From: an uncultured Lachnospiraceae bacterium
GTDB taxonomy: Bacteria; Bacillota; Clostridia; UBA1381
Length of the DNA: 24,161 bases
Assembly (NCBI GenBank): GCA_964389075.1
Contig: CAYMCT010000001.1
Coordinates: 1-24,161, forward strand
Direction: 5' to 3'
Shown: positions 8,327 through 15,585 of the stretch, in pieces
Layout of the letters: each line of letters opens with the position of its first letter
How positions within the stretch are numbered: position 1 is the stretch's first letter
The notes under the pieces: model-generated
Databases searched by the model: none
Told to the model about the DNA's origin: nothing
The model's input: the letters and a program-made list of their open reading frames with translations, nothing else
Translations under genes and position numbers: made by a program

Positions 8327-9748
8327 TTGATAAACTTTCTGAAAAAGAACCTGTTATTACTTATTAGTATTGTTATACTCATAATTATACTGCTTGCCAC
8401 GGTTGCATCAATAGCAGCTTACGGTCAAGAACTTTATATCACAAACCTGATATCAGAAATAATCGAAAATTTTCCGTTCGCCTATTTCCTTCTTCCTAAA
8501 ATATCTCTGTTAACGGGGTTGAATATTTCAATTCCAACAATTAATGTTACCGTTTTTGTGGACATGACAAAAGCATTGCTGTTGACACTTTTACATTCCG
8601 TATTGGGCTGTGTTTTGTATTCGCTGTTTCTCAGACTGCCAAAAGCAGCAGACAGCTCCGTGCTTTCAGGTGCAATAGACAATGCCGAAAAATTTATGAA
8701 ATCACCCCTTTATATTATTGCCAACATTCTTATACAATGCATTTCGATTTTGGTGTCAATTACCGCAACCTACTTTTTGTCTGCACCGATACTGAAATTT
8801 GTGCTGTCCTTTAGAAGCGAAGCAGCTCAATTTGCCGTCGGGCTTATATTACTGATTATTACAATCTTTTTATACTCGTTCTTTTATTCCCGGTTTACCA
8901 AGATGAAGATGAGTATGGCAGTAGCAAAAACAGCAATGTTTAATCTTATCCCAAAAACTCTTGATGCATTTATTACCTCATCGCTCTGGATAACATTTTA
9001 TCTGACCTACACCGGCGAAGGCTCTCTTTTTGCAAAAATAGCCCTTATACTTCTTATAATAGTGTGGTCAGTAATTTCCGAAAAGCTTACAAGCAATCTC
9101 CGGATGCTTACTTTTAGTATACATAACGCACAAAGGAAGAAACGATTTGATGTAAACACCTTGCTCGGAATGATATTTATATATTGTCTCACAATATGCG
9201 CAACCTTATCCCCCGTGATGTCCGGTGATACTCAGGCAATATCAAACAATCCGTTTCTGAACTGGTTATACTCATTTCCGTTTATCCCGAGCTTGTTTGT
9301 CGGCGACTCCGTTACAATACTTGTTACGGAACAGTTCTCGTACTTTATATATGAACTGTTAAAGCTCGTAATTCTCGGTTTTATGTGCGGACTAATGCAG
9401 CGTTATATACGGTCACAAAATCTTATTATATGGTATCTTGTGCAATGTACAATTATTTGTCTTACAATTGCTCTGTATACTCTTATTATAAATCTTTTCG
9501 GTATGAATGATAAGCTTATAATGTTTTTAGTATTGTGCATACTTGCCATACTATGTCTGTTTTTATCGGATTTGCCTACGCTATTATTGCAGGCGTTTAT
9601 TATGAGCATATTTTTTGTTTTAGTATATGCACTTATACACCATATCACCGGCGGAGCAACAGCTTCAATATCTGTCTTGATTACCTCCGCAGTAATCGCA
9701 CCGATAGTTATGATATCAATGTTTATTATTAACTGGTTTTCGGACTGA
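8327..9748 (+). CDS. Hypothetical polytopic membrane protein
   Basis: 473 aa with roughly a dozen hydrophobic segments; SD AAGGAG and TTG start; no family recognised. Confidence 0.7.
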   Translation: MINFLKKNLLLLISIVILIIILLATVASIAAYGQELYITNLISEIIENFPFAYFLLPKISLLTGLNISIPTINVTVFVDMTKALLLTLLHSVLGCVLYSLFLRLPKAADSSVLSGAIDNAEKFMKSPLYIIANILIQCISILVSITATYFLSAPILKFVLSFRSEAAQFAVGLILLIITIFLYSFFYSRFTKMKMSMAVAKTAMFNLIPKTLDAFITSSLWITFYLTYTGEGSLFAKIALILLIIVWSVISEKLTSNLRMLTFSIHNAQRKKRFDVNTLLGMIFIYCLTICATLSPVMSGDTQAISNNPFLNWLYSFPFIPSLFVGDSVTILVTEQFSYFIYELLKLVILGFMCGLMQRYIRSQNLIIWYLVQCTIICLTIALYTLIINLFGMNDKLIMFLVLCILAILCLFLSDLPTLLLQAFIMSIFFVLVYALIHHITGGATASISVLITSAVIAPIVMISMFIINWFSD

Positions 9749-9823
9749 TTGTGTTTAAAACCATTTTTCCACTGTCAGCTGAAAAAAATCGTTACCCAAT
9801 ATCGGTATATGTAAACTTTATTG

Positions 9824-9852
9824 TTGACACTTCCTTTTGTGTGTGATAAAAT
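9824..9852 (+). promoter_or_regulatory. sigmaA promoter for the DnaD-domain gene
   Basis: TTGACA, 17 nt, TGaTAAAAT. Confidence 0.65.
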
Positions 9853-9881
9853 ATCTCTGTATTGATAAAGGAGGATTTACT

Positions 9882-10823
9882 ATGCCGAATTTTAAATTTA
9901 ATATGGATTTCGTCCCGGTTCCAAGGGATTTTATAGAGCACATTATGCCTACGGCGAATGCGTCATATGTTATGGTATATATGTATATGATGTTACTTGC
10001 TACAACGAACAAAAATATGAGCACAGCAGATATTGCAAAAAAACTCGGACTGATAGAATCTGACGTTATTAACGCAATTCAGTATTGGAATAAAAACGGT
10101 ATAATGTCGGGTACAGGCGATAATATAATTATCAAGAAAGCTGTTGACGAAGAAATTTCGACCGATAACGACAAGAAATCAATTGAAGAAATTTCAACAG
10201 CTATAAGCGAAAATGAGGCACTTTCAGACTTGTGCGTTATAGCACAGGAGATACTCGGAAAAACCCTCGGTAACAAAGATGTTGAAACCATCTATTGGTT
10301 CTATGACCGGTTAGGCTTCTCGCCGGAGGTTATCGCAATGCTATTGGAATACTGCATTTCAATAGACAAACGTAATATGCGATATATCGAAAAGGTCGCT
10401 ATAACCTGGCATGAGAACAATGTAACCACAATTGACGAGGCACAAACCTACATAACACGTGCCGCAAAACGTGATGATTTTACATTAACGCTCAAAAAGC
10501 TGTTCGGCATCACCGACAGAAATCTTTCAAAAACAGAAAGTCTTTATTTTGAATCCTGGCGTGATGAACTGAAAATGAGCGAGGATATGGTGGGACTTGC
10601 ATATGAATATTGCATAATGGCAACTAACAAGCTGTCATTCCCATATATCAATGCAATTCTGAAGCGCTGGGCAGAAAAGGGAATAACAACAATCCCCGAG
10701 GCAGAAAAGGATCACGACCAGTTCAAACAGGATAATTCAGCACAGAACAACACCGTTATGACCGCAACCGATGATATAAGCGAGCTCGAAAAGCAGTTTA
10801 TGAGCTCATATGACAGTGAATAA
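9882..10823 (+). CDS. DnaD/DnaB-domain primosomal protein
   Basis: Start reassigned to ATG 9882 (SD AAGGAGG). N-terminal winged-helix-like region plus two DnaB_2-type repeats (YIEKVAITW; YINAILKRWAEKGITT). Confidence 0.85.
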   Translation: MPNFKFNMDFVPVPRDFIEHIMPTANASYVMVYMYMMLLATTNKNMSTADIAKKLGLIESDVINAIQYWNKNGIMSGTGDNIIIKKAVDEEISTDNDKKSIEEISTAISENEALSDLCVIAQEILGKTLGNKDVETIYWFYDRLGFSPEVIAMLLEYCISIDKRNMRYIEKVAITWHENNVTTIDEAQTYITRAAKRDDFTLTLKKLFGITDRNLSKTESLYFESWRDELKMSEDMVGLAYEYCIMATNKLSFPYINAILKRWAEKGITTIPEAEKDHDQFKQDNSAQNNTVMTATDDISELEKQFMSSYDSE

Positions 10824-10828
10824 AATCA

Positions 10829-10868
10829 AAAGCAGCAGTTCGTTGGACGCTCAACGAACTGCTGCTTT
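10829..10868. terminator. Bidirectional terminator between the convergent DnaD-domain and LTA-synthase genes
   Basis: 17-bp perfect inverted repeat AAAGCAGCAGTTCGTTG / CAACGAACTGCTGCTTT with a 6-nt loop. Confidence 0.8.
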
Positions 10869-12763
10869 CATTTTATTATATATCTTTCAAAAAAATTATA
10901 GCTTCTGTTTTCTGTATCAAACAAATTGTTATATTGCAGCTTCGAGTAACGGTCAAGGCAGAATTTTTCTTCCCCCACAGCATCGGTTACAGGAATAAAC
11001 TCGTTTTCAGCTTTTGAATAATATCCCGTAGCATTTATTGCCGGAATTATTTTTTCAATATCCTTTAATGCAAGGTTATATGATGATAATTCCAGCCCTG
11101 CGGCTTCAAGAAGATAATTTGAAAGGTAGCTAAGACTTGTACAATCCACCTTTTTTTCTTCTATATCATAGTTTGACCAGATAAAAAACGGAACGGTATA
11201 TTGCAGAATCTGTTCATCTAAAGTATCGAACGAACAGCCATAAACCTCTTCATAAAAACCATTATCAAGCTTAGGAAAATGATCTCCGAAAAACAGCACC
11301 ACCGTATCACGCCTGATCTTTTCAAGCTCTGTTATCAGATATTTTAGAGCATTATCCGTTTCACGGATTAACGACAGGTACTGTTCCGCAAGCGGATAAT
11401 TTTCGCTATATCCGGTAAGCTCTACTGTGTTTACAAAATCTTCACCTTTATAATTGTAGCCGCCATGGTTCTGCATTGTTACTCCAAAAACAAACAATGG
11501 CTCGTCACTGCCGTTTGTGCAGTTAATAATATATTCAAACATTTCACGGTCGCTTATATATTCACGCACAAGGTTCTTTGCAGGATAACTCTCAATAAAG
11601 CTGCACTCTGAAAATCCCAGCTTTGGATATACTTCAGGTCTTGACCAGCCGTTTGCAATATACGGATGCGTTGCCATTGTCTTATACCCATATGAACGCA
11701 TCTGCCACACAAGACTGTATATACTTCCGTTAATGTATTGCTGATACGGAACTGTATTATCCGGTAAGAAAGCCATTGAATGTCCGGTCAGAAACTCGAA
11801 CTCCGAGTTTGCGGTATTTCCGCCGTATACCGATGCCAGAGCGTGTCCTTTGATTGTATTTTCCGTCAGCGAATCAAGAAATGGTGTAACGGACACATTC
11901 GTTTTCAGCTCTGCACCCTCAAAATCCACATACGATTCGTCCATAATTACAATAACATTAGGTTTCAGCCCTTCGTTATCCTGTACTATGTACTGCTGTG
12001 CATAGTCATTCACCTGTTCCGGAGTATATCCGTCAGGCTTTTGAATGGTCAAATCACGCATCGAAATGCAAAAATTAAGATAGTATCCGTTCAATCTCGT
12101 TCCTTCCGTTTCCCATGTCTTGACAGGCTTATCTTTTATACCGACAGTTATAAGCAACACAGATATAAGTATTGTTGCTGCCGCATAAAGTCTTGAGCGC
12201 AAAAATCCGCACTTAGGGAGTTTCGGAAGTCCTTTTGCGAGCAGCACCGCAATCAGCCACAAACCCAGGCTCACTATTGTCCACAAGCTCAAGCTAAGAC
12301 TATATTGCTCCGCCACATTCGCAGCCGTACCGACAGACAGAAAATCCATCGGACCCAGCTCCTTGCCTCTCAGTCCATATATAACAGAATTTGCTGTACT
12401 GAGCAGCACGAGAAAAAACGAACCTGATATAACAGAAGCCACAAGCTTTCCGATAGCAAGGTATACCGTTGTGCACACTATTATAACACAAAGCAGATTT
12501 AATATAAGTTCAGGCAAACTTATATCGGGCAGATATTGAGAGTGCAGCATACACCGGGGCATGGCATACGTTAAATACATCACCAATGCCGCCCACGAAA
12601 TATTCATTATATAGTCCGCACGCTCCTTAAATTTTCCCTGATACTTCACTGCTGCAAAAAATAACAGTACAAACACCGGACCGAGATATGCCCCCAGGCA
12701 TACACTTAAAACCGCTAAAACAATCAGCGCAAGCTTCGTCATCGCCATCAAATTTGTAATCAT
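10868..12763 (-). CDS. LTA synthase family protein (phosphoglycerol transferase/sulfatase superfamily)
   Basis: N-terminal TM helices; PNVIVIMDES, GGNTANSEFEFLTG, TMQNHG and FFGDHFP motifs. Confidence 0.9.
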   Translation of the reverse strand: MITNLMAMTKLALIVLAVLSVCLGAYLGPVFVLLFFAAVKYQGKFKERADYIMNISWAALVMYLTYAMPRCMLHSQYLPDISLPELILNLLCVIIVCTTVYLAIGKLVASVISGSFFLVLLSTANSVIYGLRGKELGPMDFLSVGTAANVAEQYSLSLSLWTIVSLGLWLIAVLLAKGLPKLPKCGFLRSRLYAAATILISVLLITVGIKDKPVKTWETEGTRLNGYYLNFCISMRDLTIQKPDGYTPEQVNDYAQQYIVQDNEGLKPNVIVIMDESYVDFEGAELKTNVSVTPFLDSLTENTIKGHALASVYGGNTANSEFEFLTGHSMAFLPDNTVPYQQYINGSIYSLVWQMRSYGYKTMATHPYIANGWSRPEVYPKLGFSECSFIESYPAKNLVREYISDREMFEYIINCTNGSDEPLFVFGVTMQNHGGYNYKGEDFVNTVELTGYSENYPLAEQYLSLIRETDNALKYLITELEKIRRDTVVLFFGDHFPKLDNGFYEEVYGCSFDTLDEQILQYTVPFFIWSNYDIEEKKVDCTSLSYLSNYLLEAAGLELSSYNLALKDIEKIIPAINATGYYSKAENEFIPVTDAVGEEKFCLDRYSKLQYNNLFDTENRSYNFFERYIIK

Positions 12764-12880
12764 TAAAACAACCTCTTTTTCGGACGTTTAAACCACGTTA
12801 TCAGATACTCCGTGAAATCACATTCAATTCCCGAATCATATATTTCACACTTTATCCTCCTGTTTTATCGCTTCCCTGTT

Positions 12881-12922
12881 CTACTTGCTTGACATCAAAA
12901 CCACCGTTTCTATATGGGGTGT
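12881..12922 (-). pseudogene. Displaced rlmD-like 3' end (attR side)
   Basis: Minus strand ACA CCC CAT ATA GAA ACG GTG GTT TTG ATG TCA AGC AAG TAG = TPHIETVVLMSSK*, matching the canonical RlmD C-terminal motif T.H(V/I)E(T/C)VV(L). Confidence 0.8.
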
Positions 12923-12938
12923 GGTGTCTGCGACAGTA

Positions 12939-13511
12939 TCATTGTAATAACTTTTTTGAAATATTGTACCACGTCTTTATGTAATTATCTTTTAATAGTT
13001 CTTTATTGTTATCAACTAAATTTATAAAAGATTTTGATAACCCGTCCCAATCTTTTATATTTCCTTGTGGATATAGTGTCCAATGGATTTCCTCTATTGT
13101 ATAATTGCTTTTAATTGAGTTATTTTTCATAGAAGTCGTAACCCAGTTGTTTTTATCATCATGCCCGCCTTTTGCAATAGGATATATATGGTCAATAGTA
13201 GGAACTAATTCCCAATATGCTATATGTGTTTCAGTCATTTTCCAGTGAGGCTGGAAAGGGAATTCATCAGGAAAATATGCTGATAATACTTTAAGTATTC
13301 CTGGATTTAAAAGTTTTTGTCCTGTATATCTATCAATAAAGCCATCTCTCATAAACTGTTCCATCTTTTGAGTTGTTGTGTATGTACGTTTTTCAACTTC
13401 ATAAGTTTTGTGTGGATATTCATTGATAATTATTGATTTTGCCAAACTTTTGTTATTATCTATAAGAAATTCAACTATATTTGAAATTATGTCGCTTTTT
13501 TCTCTTTTCAT
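12939..13511 (-). CDS. HNH endonuclease family protein (no Zn-binding cysteines)
   Basis: TIDHIYPIAKGGHDDKNNWVTTSMKNNSIKSN fits the DH..P...GG.....N........N..K HNH core; starts 4 nt after the upstream stop codon. Confidence 0.85.
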   Translation of the reverse strand: MKREKSDIISNIVEFLIDNNKSLAKSIIINEYPHKTYEVEKRTYTTTQKMEQFMRDGFIDRYTGQKLLNPGILKVLSAYFPDEFPFQPHWKMTETHIAYWELVPTIDHIYPIAKGGHDDKNNWVTTSMKNNSIKSNYTIEEIHWTLYPQGNIKDWDGLSKSFINLVDNNKELLKDNYIKTWYNISKKLLQ

Positions 13512-13515
13512 AATA

Positions 13516-13869
13516 CTATTCCTTTCTGCTTTTAGCAGTAGTCACAGATGCAATAAGTTTTCTGCGAATTGTACCACATTTATTTATTAGGCTTTTATAT
13601 GTGGTATTATCAATTTTATTTTTCCGAAACAACAACTCTAACCAATACTCGGTTTCAAAACTCTCTTTTAACGCAATTTCTAATTTGTTTATAAAATCAG
13701 CTTTGCTTTGAGCATATTTCGCTTCATGCAAATTTGCGCCGATTGATGAAGAACTCCTTAATAATTGGTTTACATATACAGAACAACCTTTGATATTGTC
13801 GCATATGTCAGAAATTTCTATCGCAAAATTGATGGTTTCTTCTCTTAATGTATTTTTATTATTTTCCAT
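13516..13869 (-). CDS. Four-helix-bundle protein (23S rRNA IVP / Avd-like family)
   Basis: NQLLRSSSSIGANLHEAKYAQSKADFINKLEIALKESFETEYWLELL signature; start reassigned to ATG 13869 behind SD AAAGGAG (13884-13878); 117 aa. Confidence 0.9.
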   Translation of the reverse strand: MENNKNTLREETINFAIEISDICDNIKGCSVYVNQLLRSSSSIGANLHEAKYAQSKADFINKLEIALKESFETEYWLELLFRKNKIDNTTYKSLINKCGTIRRKLIASVTTAKSRKE

Positions 13870-13885
13870 AGTATAGTCTCCTTTG

Positions 13886-14061
13886 TCGATATACACGCTT
13901 TGCGTGTTCGATATATTTCACTTCGTGAAATTCGATATAAACTCGCTATGCTCGTTTTCGATATGATATAAATCTCGTTGCCGTAAGGTAACATATGGAG
14001 CCGTAAGGCATATCGAGTTCTGACAGAACATATCGAAAATCTCGTTAGAGATTTATATCGA
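13886..14061. repeat. Symmetric heptamer/hairpin ladder (REP/REPIN-like element or structured RNA)
   Basis: TCGATAT at 13886, 13908, 13932 and 13958; ATATGGA at 13993; ATATCGA at 14010, 14030 and 14055. Spacers are short palindromes. Confidence 0.85.
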
Positions 14062-14067
14062 GGAGTG

Positions 14068-15426
14068 CTATGTGCGACATAGTCGCACGACGCACTCTAT
14101 ATGGCTTGTGTTTGGGAACATATCTACACCTGTGCATTTTACAGGAATATAACCGTTATCGGCAAGGTAACGTGCATCACGGGCAAGAGTTGACGGATTG
14201 CACGAAACATATACTATCCGCTTTGGCTCTGCATTTACTATCGCTTTAAGCGTTGCCTCGTCACTGCCCTTTCGTGGCGGGTCGAGAATTACTATATCCG
14301 GCTTCATTCCTGATTCTATAAGTTTAGGAACTGCTGTTTCTGCACCGTCTGCAAAAAATTCAGTGTTTTCTATTCCGTTATCCTTTGCGTTTTCACGTGC
14401 ATTAATAACAGCCTGCTCTACGATTTCTATACCCACTGCCTTTTTCGCTTTCTTTGCCGCCGCAAGCGAAATTGTGCCGATTCCGCAATATACATCAAGA
14501 ACAGTGTCAGCTTCTGTTATATCCGCATATTCCAATGCACGGTTATAAAGCTTTTCGGTCATAACCGGATTTATCTGATAAAAGCTGTGCGGCGAAATTT
14601 TAAACTCAATTCCGCAGAGTGTATCTGTAATGACACTCTTACCGTAAATAAGTTCATTTTCTCTGCCGAGAACGCTGTTGTTCTTTTCTGTATTTATATT
14701 TACATATACGGATACAATATTTTCGGAAACACGCTTTAACCTTTCAACCAAAGCTTCCTGTTTTGGTATGCTTTTTCCGTTTACAGAAATAACCACCATA
14801 ATCTCACTTGTGGTTTTTGCCTCACGGATAAATATACGGCGAACCAGACCCCTGTGTTCTATCTCATTATATACGGTTATATTATTCTCTTTTATAAACT
14901 CAATAACTGCGTTACTTATTGCTGAGTTTATTTTTGAGCCCATCAGGCAATCTTCCACCGGGATTATGTCGTGTGAACGGCGTGCATAGAAACCGCTTAA
15001 CACATTTCCGTTTTTATCTTTGCCAATCGGAAATATACATTTGTTTCTGTATCTGTACGGGGTTTCCATTCCAAGAATTTCGTCACATTCGAAATCAGAA
15101 AAAGCGCCTATTCTCTGCATCGCTGCATTTATAAATCCACGCTTTACATCAAGCTGTGCAGGATATGAAATATGCTGCAGATGACAACCGCCGCAGCGCT
15201 TAAATACAGGACATTCGGGGGTTACTCTCGACTCTGACGGCTCAACCAAATCCATCAGCCTGCCTACAGCATAGTGCGAAAGCACCTTCACAATCAGGAC
15301 ATCTGCTTTGTCACCTATAGCCGTCATCGGAACAAACACAGTAAACCCTTCAACTGAGCCTACTCCGTTACCGTCTGAGGATATGTCTGTTATATCAATG
15401 ATGTACCGTTTATTTTTCTCTACCAT
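14068..15426 (-). CDS. rlmD: 23S rRNA (uracil-1939-C5)-methyltransferase RlmD
   Basis: TRAM domain; CPVFKRCGGC Fe-S motif; SFYQIN, DVYCGIGTI, LDPPRKG, YVSCNPSTLARD and DMFPNTSHIECV motifs. Confidence 0.96.
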   Translation of the reverse strand: MVEKNKRYIIDITDISSDGNGVGSVEGFTVFVPMTAIGDKADVLIVKVLSHYAVGRLMDLVEPSESRVTPECPVFKRCGGCHLQHISYPAQLDVKRGFINAAMQRIGAFSDFECDEILGMETPYRYRNKCIFPIGKDKNGNVLSGFYARRSHDIIPVEDCLMGSKINSAISNAVIEFIKENNITVYNEIEHRGLVRRIFIREAKTTSEIMVVISVNGKSIPKQEALVERLKRVSENIVSVYVNINTEKNNSVLGRENELIYGKSVITDTLCGIEFKISPHSFYQINPVMTEKLYNRALEYADITEADTVLDVYCGIGTISLAAAKKAKKAVGIEIVEQAVINARENAKDNGIENTEFFADGAETAVPKLIESGMKPDIVILDPPRKGSDEATLKAIVNAEPKRIVYVSCNPSTLARDARYLADNGYIPVKCTGVDMFPNTSHIECVVRLCRT

Positions 15427-15460
15427 AGTGACCTCCGGAAATAATTATATATATATTATT

Positions 15461-15549
15461 ATTTTACACTATTTATCAATATTTTGCAACATAAAAACTC
15501 AAATAAAAGCACAAATGCTCTTGAAATATTTGTACTTTTGTAGTATAAT
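15461..15549. promoter_or_regulatory. Divergent sigmaA promoters for rlmD (-) and DUF1846 (+)
   Basis: Minus strand: TTGCAA (15489-15484), 17 nt, TAAAAT (15466-15461). Plus strand: TTGAAA (15521-15526), 17 nt, TATAAT (15544-15549). Confidence 0.6.
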
Positions 15550-15585
15550 GAAATTTGAAGTATAAATCGAAAGAGGCATAGGTTT

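Larger units (their letters stand above)
12909..14104 (-). mobile_element. Integrase-less cassette/islet inserted in the 3' end of rlmD (1187-bp repeat spacing)
   Basis: Direct repeat TCTATATGG at 12909-12917 and 14096-14104 (13/15 identity when extended); duplicated rlmD tail; AT-rich cargo (spot counts 13/60 GC at 12961-13020 vs 30/60 at 14161-14220 in rlmD). Confidence 0.75.

Noticed and set aside
9837..9881. Longer DnaD start (also the longer starts given for feoA at 23895 and the four-helix-bundle gene at 13896)
   Set aside because: The upstream extensions overlap promoter, operator or repeat sequence. Downstream ATGs have properly spaced SD sequences.
13516..13869. 23S rRNA intervening sequence
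   Set aside because: The protein family name suggests it, but no rRNA sequence flanks the gene. The neighbour is the methyltransferase gene rlmD.
13886..14061. CRISPR array or DGR/retron interpretation of the repeat ladder
   Set aside because: Repeats are only 7 bp and invert halfway, and the spacers are short palindromes. There are no cas or reverse-transcriptase genes and no TR/VR pair in the window.
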